Shown piece by piece: positions 22,460-32,574 of a DNA stretch of 64,000 nt; within the stretch, counting starts at the first letter, position 1, and every line of letters starts with the position of its first letter. The translations under genes and the position numbers were made by a program. The notes beneath the pieces were generated by a model, which saw only the letters and a program-made list of their open reading frames with translations, did not search any database and was not told the origin of the DNA. Origin of the DNA: Gemmatimonadaceae bacterium (lineage in GTDB: Bacteria; Gemmatimonadota; Gemmatimonadetes; Gemmatimonadales; Gemmatimonadaceae). The stretch is taken from NCBI GenBank assembly GCA_039920785.1, contig JBDSDB010000203.1, positions 1,042 through 65,041 of the forward strand. The letters run 5' to 3'.

Positions 22460-22993
22460 ATGCCCCTCTCCGCTGCCCGTGTACGGCCGTTCGCGATCGC
22501 CGTCGGCGCGCTGCTCGCCGCGTGCGCAGGCGACGATGTGCGCGATCACGTGCATCGATCGACTCCGCCCGCGCGCCCCGCACCGCCGCCGGCATCGGTC
22601 CCGTCGGTAGCGACGAAACCGCCACTCGGCGCGGGCGGACCAAGTGCCGAGATCATCTCGATTCGCCTCGCCAGCAGCGGCGCTCCCGTCTCGCTCGATC
22701 ACATCACCGATACCGTCAACGTCCTCGCGCTCGTCACGCGGGGAGCAGGTTCGTCTTCGCTGGGCCCGGCGCGACTGGAGCTCGTGCTGCACGGGCCGCA
22801 GAACATGACGCTCATCGAATGGAGCGCGACGCCCGTGCCGCTCGTCATCGCGCACGAATTCCGGGTGCCCGTTTCGAATGGTTGGGAGGGACTGCCCACG
22901 GGCCTATACCTGGCACAAGTCCGACTCGTCGGCCCCACGGGATGGCTCATCGCGCAATCGACACCCGTGACCTGGAAGGTTCGGGGCCACTAG
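22460..22993 (+). CDS. hypothetical lipoprotein
   Basis: Lipobox-like signal (GALLAAC). GC3-rich coding look. No recognisable domain. Confidence 0.5.
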   Translation: MPLSAARVRPFAIAVGALLAACAGDDVRDHVHRSTPPARPAPPPASVPSVATKPPLGAGGPSAEIISIRLASSGAPVSLDHITDTVNVLALVTRGAGSSSLGPARLELVLHGPQNMTLIEWSATPVPLVIAHEFRVPVSNGWEGLPTGLYLAQVRLVGPTGWLIAQSTPVTWKVRGH

Positions 22994-23098
22994 CCAACGC
23001 GGTCGGCGTCTCGGCGGCTCCCTCCGCCTTACTCGACCCCGGATGGCCCGATGAATCGCCTCTTGCGCTGATGTACTTTGCATTATAAAGTTCTTTCC

Positions 23099-24745
23099 AT
23101 GACCACCTCCGCCATCCGCGCCGCGTCCCCAGAGAGTACCCTCGCCGGCTTCCTCACCCTGACCAGGGCGGAGCGCGCCGACGCGCCGCCCGCGACCACT
23201 CTGCTCTGGCAAGCCGTCCTCCTCGGCATCTCCGGCGACGCCCTCCTGCGCCAGGGACCCATCGGACCCGCGCTCGCCGTGTGGGTCGGCGTGATGGGCA
23301 TGGCCGTCCTCTCGTTGACATGGAGCGCCAGGCGAACGATGCCGCGCCAGGCGGCGGGATGGCTTGGCACCGCGCTCCTCTTCGCAATTCTCACGGCCTG
23401 GCGCAACTCGGAACTTCTTCAGGTGCTCGACTTCCTCAGCGTCGTCGGCGCGCTCGGTCTCGCGGCCCTCGCGCTCCGCGATCGCGGGCTCGCTCTGTGG
23501 GCCTCGAGACTCCGCGACACCATCTGGGGCGCTGCCGCGGTGGTGCTCAACGTGATGCGTGGCGTGCTGCCGCTCGCCGTCCGTGAGCTATTTCGCGCCG
23601 AGCATGGAACCGGCTGGCAACGCCGGACGCGCGCCATCGTGCGCGCATCGCTGATCGCCGGGGTGCTCGCCATCGTCTTCGGCTCGCTGCTCCGCAGCGC
23701 GGATCCCGTCTTCGCGCAGCTCGTCAGATTGCCCGACCTCGACTTCGAGATCATCGCCTCGCACATCTTCCTGACCGGGTTCTTCGCGTGGACGACCGGG
23801 GGCTGGGCGTACGCCGCCCTCGTGGCGCATCCCTCCGGCTGGCGTGCCCCCGAGCGACTCCCCGTCACTCTCGGCACGCTCGAAGTGACCACCGCGCTCG
23901 CGACGCTGAATGTGCTCTTCGGCGCCTTCGTCCTGACGCAGCTCGGCTGGTTCTTCGGGGGAGAGCGGTTCCTCAGCGCCACGACCGGTCTCACTGCGGC
24001 CGAGTACGCGCGCCAGGGATTCTTCCAGATGGTCTGGGTGGTCGTGCTGGTCGTTCCGCTTCTCCTCGCGACACGCGCGGCGATGTCGCCCGACCCGGCG
24101 CTCGCGCGCCGCCATACATCGCTCTCCTTGCCCGTGGTCGCGTTGCTCGGCACGATCATCGTTTCTGCGGCGCTGCGGATGCGCCTCTACGTGCACTACT
24201 ACGGCCTCTCGACTGATCGCCTCACGACGCTCGTGTTCATGGGCTGGCTCTTCTTCGTGCTCGCGCTGCTCGCCGCAACAGTCCTGCGCGGCCGCGGCGG
24301 CGCGTTCGTCGCCGGCAGCGTCCTGTCGGGGCTCGCCGTCCTCGCGGCGCTTCACATCGTGACTCCCGACCTCGTGGTGGCGCGCGTGAACATCGCGCGG
24401 GCCGCGGAGACACCGCACGATGCTCGAACAGCGCTCGATGTCCACTACCTGACGAGACTCAGCGCCGAGGCGGCGGAGCTCGCGACGGTGGCGACGTTGG
24501 CACCGCCGAACTCGGCGATCCGCAGTGCGGAGAGCGATGCGGCGCGCTGTGCGGCCACGGCCACTCTTCTGACCCGCTGGGGTCCGGGCTCGGCGGCGGT
24601 GAAGCGCGCGACGCGTGAAGGCGCGTGGCGAACGTGGAACGCGGGCGAGGTGCGGGCGCTCCATGTGGTGGGCGCGAACGTGGGCGCCCTTGTCCGGCTG
24701 CGCCACGAAGTGTGTGGACGCACACGGCGTGGAGCCACGCGGTGA
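23099..24745 (+). CDS. polytopic membrane protein (DUF4153/DUF4173-like)
   Basis: About 10 hydrophobic helices. The ATG at 23099 sits 12 nt after a TATAAA box. The family name is from memory and tentative. Confidence 0.6.
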   Translation: MTTSAIRAASPESTLAGFLTLTRAERADAPPATTLLWQAVLLGISGDALLRQGPIGPALAVWVGVMGMAVLSLTWSARRTMPRQAAGWLGTALLFAILTAWRNSELLQVLDFLSVVGALGLAALALRDRGLALWASRLRDTIWGAAAVVLNVMRGVLPLAVRELFRAEHGTGWQRRTRAIVRASLIAGVLAIVFGSLLRSADPVFAQLVRLPDLDFEIIASHIFLTGFFAWTTGGWAYAALVAHPSGWRAPERLPVTLGTLEVTTALATLNVLFGAFVLTQLGWFFGGERFLSATTGLTAAEYARQGFFQMVWVVVLVVPLLLATRAAMSPDPALARRHTSLSLPVVALLGTIIVSAALRMRLYVHYYGLSTDRLTTLVFMGWLFFVLALLAATVLRGRGGAFVAGSVLSGLAVLAALHIVTPDLVVARVNIARAAETPHDARTALDVHYLTRLSAEAAELATVATLAPPNSAIRSAESDAARCAATATLLTRWGPGSAAVKRATREGAWRTWNAGEVRALHVVGANVGALVRLRHEVCGRTRRGATR

Positions 24746-24761
24746 GTCGTTGCGTGGACGC

Positions 24762-25262
24762 CTAGCGGTAGTTCCCGAACTTGAGCTCGACGCCGAAATC
24801 CTTGCTCCGCAACAGCGCCATCACTTCCTGGAGGTCGTCGCGTGAGGGGCCGCTGACGCGCACCTGCTCCCCTTGGATTGCCGCCTGCACCTTTTTGAGC
24901 TTTGCGTCCTTGATGGCCGCGGCGACCTTCTTCGCGGTCTCCGTATCGAGCTCCATCTTGAGCTTCACGTCGCGACGTACGGTGTCCCCCGCCGCCTGCT
25001 TGATCTCGCCGATCTCGAGGTTCTTCACCGACACACCCCGCTTGATCAGCTTCGTCTGCACCACGTCGAACAGCGCCGTCATCTGGAAGTCGCTGTCCGC
25101 AACGAGCAGGATCAGCCCCTCGGTGCGCTTGAACTCGATCGTCGCCTTGGACCCCTTGAAGTCGTAGCGCTGCACGATCTCCTTCTGCGCCTGGTTGATG
25201 GCGTTGTCGACTTCCTGAAGGTCTACTCCGGTGGTGACGTCGAAGGAGGCGGTGGGGGGCAT
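24762..25262 (-). CDS. yajQ: YajQ family cyclic-di-GMP-binding protein (UPF0234)
   Basis: MPPTASFDV...DLQEVDNAINQAQKEI.QRYDFKGS is the canonical YajQ N-terminus. 166 aa. Confidence 0.9.
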   Translation of the reverse strand: MPPTASFDVTTGVDLQEVDNAINQAQKEIVQRYDFKGSKATIEFKRTEGLILLVADSDFQMTALFDVVQTKLIKRGVSVKNLEIGEIKQAAGDTVRRDVKLKMELDTETAKKVAAAIKDAKLKKVQAAIQGEQVRVSGPSRDDLQEVMALLRSKDFGVELKFGNYR

Positions 25263-25268
25263 GAGAGC

Positions 25269-25300
25269 GGTGAGTTGGTGAACTGGTGACGCGGTGAACT
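25269..25300. repeat. 4 tandem copies of an 8-nt unit: GGTGAGTT GGTGAACT GGTGACGC GGTGAACT
   Basis: Read directly. Exact 8-nt period starting at 25269, 25277, 25285 and 25293. It lies between the yajQ start and the four-helix-bundle gene. Confidence 0.9.
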
Positions 25301-25390
25301 TGTCGCTGAGTGTTGAGCTCACGACGCGGTCCGATGAGCGCCGCATTCCCGAGATGACGTATCGGCGCAAGGTGGCTGCAGGCTTGGTCC

Positions 25391-25798
25391 ATGCAGGATA
25401 CCAAGAATTTGGTAGTCGCGGAACACGCGAAGCAACTAGCAGTCGACGTTTACCGGCTCACTGCCGGATATCCCCCGGCCGAACGCTTTGGGCTCACGTC
25501 TCAAATGCGTCGGGCGGCGGTCTCGATCGGGTCCAACATCGCCGAGGGGTGCGGCCGCAGAAGCAATAAGGAGTTGCTCGCCTACCTCTACATCGCGAAC
25601 GGATCCGTGAGCGAGCTCGATTTTCAGTTCGAACTCGCGCGTGAGCTCGGATTCGGTGACCCGCGCATCGCGACATCCGTGGCGTCGCAAACCGGGTCCG
25701 TTCGGCGCATGCTAAACCGTCTGATCACCTTCCTCCGAACACAACCGGCGTGGAGAAAAGGCGAGGGGTCCCGCGCAGGCGGGACCCCTCTCGAGTAG
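25391..25798 (+). CDS. four-helix-bundle protein (23S rRNA intervening-sequence protein / Avd-like family)
   Basis: A..LAV.VY.LT..YP..ERFGLTSQMRRAAVSIGSNIAEG......KE...YL.IA.GS..EL..Q..LA is the signature of the family. It lies on the opposite strand to both neighbours and has visibly lower GC than the flanks. Confidence 0.85.
   Translation: MQDTKNLVVAEHAKQLAVDVYRLTAGYPPAERFGLTSQMRRAAVSIGSNIAEGCGRRSNKELLAYLYIANGSVSELDFQFELARELGFGDPRIATSVASQTGSVRRMLNRLITFLRTQPAWRKGEGSRAGGTPLE
25763..25790 (+). terminator. perfect 12-bp hairpin at the 3' end of the four-helix-bundle ORF (no U-tract)
   Basis: GAGGGGTCCCGC-gcag-GCGGGACCCCTC. The stop TAG is at 25796-25798. A C-rich repeat array follows. Confidence 0.4.
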
Positions 25799-25808
25799 TA
25801 AACTCGCC

Positions 25809-25868
25809 AATTCACCGACCAATTCACTGCTTCACCCATTCATCAATTCACCAGTTCATCGGCTCACC
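25809..25868. repeat. 7 copies of the 8-nt unit ARTTCACC (reverse complement of the upstream array)
   Basis: AATTCACC (25809), then six contiguous units from 25821: AATTCACT GCTTCACC CATTCATC AATTCACC AGTTCATC GGCTCACC. The last unit overlaps the rpoD stop codon (25864-25866). Confidence 0.9.
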
Positions 25869-26724
25869 CCAGATACGACTCCAGCGCCCGCGCCCGCGAC
25901 ACATGCCTCAGCCTCGACAGCGCCTTCTCCTTGATTTGCCTCACCCGCTCCCGCGTGATCCCGAGCAGCGAGCCAATCTGCTCCAGCGTCATCGGCTCCT
26001 CCCCGTCCAGCCCGAAGTACAGCCGTAGGATCTTCGACTCGCGCTCCTTCAGGTGCGCGAGCGCTTCCTCGATACTCTCCGTCAACGCCTTCTCGAACGT
26101 CTGCTCGTCGGGAGTTGGATTGAGATTGTCGGGGAGATAGTCGAGGAGCCGGTTGTCCTCTCCGGGCGTGAGGGGAGCGTCGAGCGACAGGTGCGTCTGC
26201 GAGATCGACATCGTCTTCGCGACCTCTTCCTCCGTGATGTCCATGCCCTCGGCGATCTCGGCATGCGTCGCCTCGCGGCCGAGCTCCTGGAGGAGCATGC
26301 TCGCGCGCTTGCCGATCCGGTGCAGCGTGCCGGCGCGATTCAGCGGGACGCGTACGATGCGGCTCTGCTCCGCGAGCGCCTGAAGGATGGCCTGCCGAAT
26401 CCACCACACCGCGTAGGAGATGAACTTGATCCCCTTCGTCTCGTCGAACTTGTGTGCGGCGCGAATGAGCCCGAGGTTGCCTTCATTGATCAGGTCCGAG
26501 AGCGAGACGCCCTGATTCTGGTACTTCTTCGCCACGCTGACGACGAACCGGAGGTTCGAGCGGACCAGCTTGTCGAGCGCCTCCTGATCGCCGACGCGGA
26601 TGCGCTGCGCAAGAGCCACCTCATCTTCCCGCGTGATGAGCGGATAGATGCTGATGTCGCGGAGATACTGATCGAGCGAGCCCTCTTCGAACGACGACTT
26701 CTTGCTGTTCGGAGTGGTGGCCAT
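25864..26724 (-). CDS. rpoD: RpoD/SigA-family RNA polymerase sigma factor (short form, no region 1.1)
   Basis: Regions 1.2 to 4.2 are all present (YLRDI, NLRFVVSVAKKY, FISYAVWWIRQAI, ITRERVRQIKEKAL). Only 286 aa. Confidence 0.9.
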   Translation of the reverse strand: MATTPNSKKSSFEEGSLDQYLRDISIYPLITREDEVALAQRIRVGDQEALDKLVRSNLRFVVSVAKKYQNQGVSLSDLINEGNLGLIRAAHKFDETKGIKFISYAVWWIRQAILQALAEQSRIVRVPLNRAGTLHRIGKRASMLLQELGREATHAEIAEGMDITEEEVAKTMSISQTHLSLDAPLTPGEDNRLLDYLPDNLNPTPDEQTFEKALTESIEEALAHLKERESKILRLYFGLDGEEPMTLEQIGSLLGITRERVRQIKEKALSRLRHVSRARALESYLG

Positions 26725-26821
26725 GCGGGCGGCTGTTCCAGGGATGCGGCTGTCCGCAGACGAGAGCTCGTCGGGAGCGGAGGCGAAGGTCGACCGGGCT
26801 ACGGTCGGAGAGATGCCGGTG

Positions 26822-27616
26822 TCAGTGCACGCGCTCGCCTAGCCTCGTCCATCGGACGTGGGTCAGCCATGCGAAATCATCGGCGGAATCTGGCGCGAAG
26901 CTGAAGTACACCACCTCGGGACGACCGCGCAGCAGGGAGTCTGGAACGAACCCCCAATACCGGCTGTCGAGCGAGTTGTCCCGATTATCGCCCAGCACGA
27001 AGTACTCCGATCCAGGGACGACCAACGGACCCCAGTTGTTTCGTGACGGATGATATGCCAGTGCGGCCCCAGCGGTCTTCACGAGAAAGTTGCTCTGCCA
27101 ACGAAATTCTTCCCACACGGGATCCGCTTCCGGGTCCGAATGGCTCACGTACGACTCGGCGAGCGCGACCCCGTTGCGGATGAGGATGCCGTCTCGCATG
27201 GCGAGCGTATCGCCCGGCATGCCCACGAGACGCTTCACGAAGTTCTTGCTGCGGTCCTTCGGCCACTCGAAGACGATCACATCTCCGTGATTCGGTCGCC
27301 GGAGCCCCGGCAGTCGTCGGCCCATGAGGGGGAGCTCGGCGCCGTAGACGACCTTGTTTACCAGCAGGAAATCGCCGACCAGGAGCGTCCGCTCCATGCT
27401 TCCGCTAGGGATCTTGAACGCCTCGATCAGAAACGTCTTGATCCCGAAGAACAGCACCACTGAGATGGTGAAGATCTTTGCCCAGTCCCACAGGAACCCC
27501 AGCCCGCTGCGCCCACGATTGACGTGCTGCAGCGCCTCGAGCTTTCGCTCGGGGGTGATCATTCTGTGCAACGGAGGCTGCATCGGCTCCGGCGTTCCTG
27601 GCATGGCCACCTGCAC
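26822..27616 (-). CDS. lepB: signal peptidase I
   Basis: IPSGSMERTL (catalytic Ser), GDNRDNSLDSRYWG (box E) and an N-terminal TM anchor. Confidence 0.9.
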   Translation of the reverse strand: MQVAMPGTPEPMQPPLHRMITPERKLEALQHVNRGRSGLGFLWDWAKIFTISVVLFFGIKTFLIEAFKIPSGSMERTLLVGDFLLVNKVVYGAELPLMGRRLPGLRRPNHGDVIVFEWPKDRSKNFVKRLVGMPGDTLAMRDGILIRNGVALAESYVSHSDPEADPVWEEFRWQSNFLVKTAGAALAYHPSRNNWGPLVVPGSEYFVLGDNRDNSLDSRYWGFVPDSLLRGRPEVVYFSFAPDSADDFAWLTHVRWTRLGERVH

Positions 27617-27673
27617 AATTAACTCCTGTCCCCCGGACCCAGCAAGCAGGTCCGAGCTCCCGCGTGCCTCCGG

Positions 27674-29176
27674 TCAGTCCGGAGTGCCGAGGTAGTTGTC
27701 GATCTGTGCCCGCTGCAGCGCGCCCGAGAAGTCGCAGTACCCGACTTTGGTCTCCGAATAGAACTCGTAGACCTCCCAGCCACCCTCACGGTGTCCGTTC
27801 CCCGTGTGCTTTACCCCTCCGAACGGCAGATGCGCCTCCGCGCCGATCGTTGGAGCATTGATGTACGTGATGCCGTTGTCCAACTCGTCGAACGCCCGGA
27901 ACGCGAGGCTCACATCCTTCGTGTAGAGTGAGGACGACAGACCGTACTTCACCCCGTTGTTCACACGAAACGCCTCGTCCGCGTCACTCACCCTGATCAC
28001 GCTGAGCACGGGGCCGAAGATCTCCTCCTGCTCGATCCGCATTCCATGCTCCACTCTGGCGAAGATCGTCGGCTCGAAAAAGAATCCGTGCTCGAGCTCC
28101 TTGCCCTCGCCGCGACGCCCGCCGCACACGAGGTCCGCGCCATCCGCCTGGCCGATGTCGATGTAGCGCTCGACCCTCGTCCGAGCGCTCTCGTGGATCA
28201 TCGGCCCGATGTCGGTCCCCTTCTTCCGGCCGTCACCGAGCTTCATCCCCCGAGCGCGATCGATGAGCCGGCTGAGGAACTCGTCGTGGACGCCCTTCTG
28301 GACGACGAGCCGGCTAGTCGCGGTGCAGCGCTGTCCCGTCGTGCCGAAGGCCCCCCACAGCACCCCCTCCAGAGCGAGGTCGAGGTCTGCGTCGTCCATC
28401 ACGATCATCGCGTTCTTGCCGCCCATCTCCAGCGACAGCCGCTTGTGCATGCGTCCGCACACCGTGCCCACCGCGCTTCCCGTGTCGGTGGACCCTGTGA
28501 ACGAGATCACCGGCACATCCGCATGACGCACGATCGGCGCGCCGACGTCCTCGCCCAGACCGTGCACCAGCTGGATCACCGCTGGAGGCAACCCTGCCTC
28601 GAGCATGATCTCGACGAGTGCATTCCCCGTGTGCGGCACGTCTTCGGCCGGCTTGAACACGCAGGAATTTCCGCACAACAGCGCGGGAAACATCTTCCAC
28701 GTGGGGATGGCGAGCGGAAAGTTGAACGGCGTGATGATCCCGGCGACACCGATCGGCCGACGGAAGCTCATCGCCCACTTGCTCGGCATCTCGCTCGGAA
28801 CGGTGCGACCGGCGAGCTGCCGTCCCATCGTCGCCGCGTAGTACGCGGTGTCGATCCCCTCCTGCACGTCGCCGCGCGTCTCGGTCAGCGGTTTGCCCAT
28901 CTCGCGCGTCATCAGATCCGCGAGCTCCTCCTTTCGCTTGACCATGAGGTCACCGATTCGGCGCAGGATGTCGCCGCGCGCGGGCGCCGGTACTCTGCGC
29001 CAAGTCTCGAAGCCCAGCTTGGCCGAAGCGACGGCGCGGTCGACGTCGGCGGCCGAGGAGAGGGGAAACTTGCCGATGAGGTCTCGCGTGTCGGCAGGAT
29101 TGCGATTCTCGAAGTAAGCGCCGCCCTCGGGGGCGCTCCACTCGCCGGCGATGAAGTTCTGGAAGGTCTTCGTCAT
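27674..29176 (-). CDS. NAD(P)-dependent aldehyde dehydrogenase
   Basis: [16 protein letters not shown] and GQRCTA (catalytic Cys) motifs. 500 aa. Confidence 0.9.
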   Translation of the reverse strand: MTKTFQNFIAGEWSAPEGGAYFENRNPADTRDLIGKFPLSSAADVDRAVASAKLGFETWRRVPAPARGDILRRIGDLMVKRKEELADLMTREMGKPLTETRGDVQEGIDTAYYAATMGRQLAGRTVPSEMPSKWAMSFRRPIGVAGIITPFNFPLAIPTWKMFPALLCGNSCVFKPAEDVPHTGNALVEIMLEAGLPPAVIQLVHGLGEDVGAPIVRHADVPVISFTGSTDTGSAVGTVCGRMHKRLSLEMGGKNAMIVMDDADLDLALEGVLWGAFGTTGQRCTATSRLVVQKGVHDEFLSRLIDRARGMKLGDGRKKGTDIGPMIHESARTRVERYIDIGQADGADLVCGGRRGEGKELEHGFFFEPTIFARVEHGMRIEQEEIFGPVLSVIRVSDADEAFRVNNGVKYGLSSSLYTKDVSLAFRAFDELDNGITYINAPTIGAEAHLPFGGVKHTGNGHREGGWEVYEFYSETKVGYCDFSGALQRAQIDNYLGTPD

Positions 29177-29185
29177 CGGAGAAAT

Positions 29186-29673
29186 CTAGCGCGCCGCGGC
29201 CGGAGCTGGCACGGCCGATGGGACAGGTGCGGTTGGTGCGGTGCAGCTCAACCCCGCCGGCCTCTTCGGATCCGCCTTCGCGTAACCGAGCCTCGGCGCG
29301 AGTTCGATGCCACCGAGCACCAACCCCCACAGCACGAGCAGCAGCGAGAGCACGTGGGCGCGCGCCGTGCGGTGGCGCCATGTCCACACACTGCTCCACA
29401 GCCCGCCCACCATCAACACGGCGATCGCGATGAGGTAACCGAACAGTCCGGCGCCACACTGGGCGGGGTACGGCCAGAAGAGGATGCCCACTCCGAGCGC
29501 CGTGGCGAGCGCCAGGCGAAGAAACGCACCCCACGTCTTCGTGGCGGTGCGCTCGGCGGCCACCTGTGCCTTCGCCGCCGGCGGCGCCCCCTTGGGCGCG
29601 GCGGGGATCAGCGCCGAGTCGGACATCGACTCCATCTGCTTGTCGATCTTCTTGAGCTGCGCGTCCCAATCAC

Positions 29674-29677
<4 letters not shown>
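29186..29677 (-). CDS. hypothetical membrane protein
   Basis: Three predicted TM helices. 4-nt overlap with the upstream regulator gene. No known domain recognised. Confidence 0.5.
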
Positions 29678-31085
<1,408 letters not shown>

Positions 31086-31089
<4 letters not shown>

Positions 31090-31748
31090 GGTCTGACGCC
31101 CGTCGTCTTGTACAGCGTGACCCGCCGGTTCGCGATGCGCACGTCGGCGAGGCTTTTCGGCGTGATCACCGGAAGCGCATCGGCAGCGACACCGTCGGGC
31201 CGCGCACCTCGCGTGATCTGCTGAACGAGCTTGGGGATTGCTGCGGTGGGCACCTTGAAGTCGCGCAGCTTGATCTCGCGAATCTGGAACTCGCTCAGGC
31301 CCGGACGGATCACGTGAAAGCTTCCGCCGAGCTGCAGCCGCTCACGATCGTTGAGCAGGCCAGCCAACGGACCGAGCACCCCGGAGCCGGCGATGTCCTT
31401 CATGGGCAGCACGGTACGCACGTACAGCGCGTCGCCGATGATCGCCGCCTCGGTACTGTCGGCCGAGGATGGGAGCGTGCGGGCCGCTGTCTGGAAGACG
31501 TAGGACGCGATCTCCCCCGCGCTCAGGTTTGCGAAGACGGGACCACCCGGATTGGCGAGGTTGTCGATGGCGCGCTTCCCGCGAGCCCCGGCAGCGGGGT
31601 TCAGCGGTTCCCAGAGCGGGCCCGTGGTCGTGGTCGAGGAGGACGGTGAGCCGGTGACCCTGTGAAGCCAACGATCCTTGGTGAGCCACCCAACGACGGC
31701 GATCACCGCGAGCACCACCAGGCATCCGAGTCGCGCGATACAGCCCAT
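31086..31748 (-). CDS. hypothetical membrane-anchored protein
   Basis: N-terminal TM helix, then a soluble domain with no recognisable motif. 4-nt overlap with the ntrC-like start. Confidence 0.5.
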
Positions 31749-31751
31749 GGG

Positions 31752-32315
31752 TCAGCATCCTTTGAAAGTCGCCGCGTGAACGCGACGGTAATGTGCGCCC
31801 GATGGCGCCAGCATGCTCTCGATCAGGGTGATCTGCTTCACCTGCTCGGCCACCCGCAGTCGCACCGAACGCGCCACGCGGGCCAATGCCCGCGCGCGCT
31901 CGATCGTGATGGGAGCGTGGACCCGGGCGAGCGTGATGTGCGGGCGAAACGGCCGACCTTCCACCTCGAAGCCGGCTTGCTCGCACGCGATCTCGAGATC
32001 GTGATGCAACAGCTCCAGCCTCGGATCCTGCTCTACCCCGATCCATACGACGCGTGCCCGACGAAAGTTCGGAAACGCGCCGACCTCGCGCACGTTCATC
32101 TCGAGCAGGCGATGATTGGCGGCGACTCGATCCGCGGCGTTCACCAACCGAGGTGCCGCATCGTCGGGCACGTCTCCGAGGAACTTGAGCGAGAGATGGC
32201 ATTTCTCCCTCGACGTCCACGACAGCTCCGGTGCCTCGGCGCGCAACGGCGCGATCGCGGTGTCCAGCACGTCGAGGAGCGGCGCACCGAGCTCAATCGC
32301 GAAGAACAGGCGCAT
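31752..32315 (-). CDS. thpR: RNA 2',3'-cyclic phosphodiesterase (2H family)
   Basis: MRLFFAIEL start and two HxS/T motifs (HLSLKFLG and HITLAR). Confidence 0.85.
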   Translation of the reverse strand: MRLFFAIELGAPLLDVLDTAIAPLRAEAPELSWTSREKCHLSLKFLGDVPDDAAPRLVNAADRVAANHRLLEMNVREVGAFPNFRRARVVWIGVEQDPRLELLHHDLEIACEQAGFEVEGRPFRPHITLARVHAPITIERARALARVARSVRLRVAEQVKQITLIESMLAPSGAHYRRVHAATFKGC

Positions 32316-32574
32316 CCGGGTCGGCAGGCGCCCTGCGGCGATCATTCGGGAGCTCGATCGCGACGTGCGTGAATCCGTGCTCGCGCGCGAGCGAAAGTGT
32401 CGCACGGCGAGTTTCGGTCTCCGCGAGCCGCGCGAGACTTTCGGGGGCCGGCAGCAACAGCACGAGCTTGCCTCGCGCTTCGATCGCGCACGAGAGCCCG
32501 AGCGCCGTGACCGCGCGGGCCAGCGCGACCACGTCGTGCCCGGACTCGTCGATTCGCATGGGCGACCCGGTCAT
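32293..32574 (-). CDS. small hypothetical protein (93 aa) coupled to larE
   Basis: ATGA overlap with the larE stop at 32571-32574. It fills the otherwise empty 256-nt gap before thpR and overlaps the thpR start by 23 nt. No domain recognised. Confidence 0.4.
   Translation of the reverse strand: MTGSPMRIDESGHDVVALARAVTALGLSCAIEARGKLVLLLPAPESLARLAETETRRATLSLAREHGFTHVAIELPNDRRRAPADPDAPVLRD

Noticed and set aside
22993-23099. TTGCGC ... TATAAA box 12 nt before ATG 23099, suggesting a leaderless-like mRNA for the DUF4153-like membrane protein.
   Set aside because: The -35/-10 spacing is only 15-16 nt, and the promoter consensus of this organism is unknown. One AT-rich hexamer is not enough to claim leaderless translation.
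25269-25868. The 8-nt periodic arrays as a CRISPR array or as part of a diversity-generating retroelement around the Avd-like gene.
   Set aside because: The units are far too short and have no spacers, so this is not CRISPR. No reverse transcriptase, template/variable repeat pair or target gene is nearby, so this is not a complete DGR.
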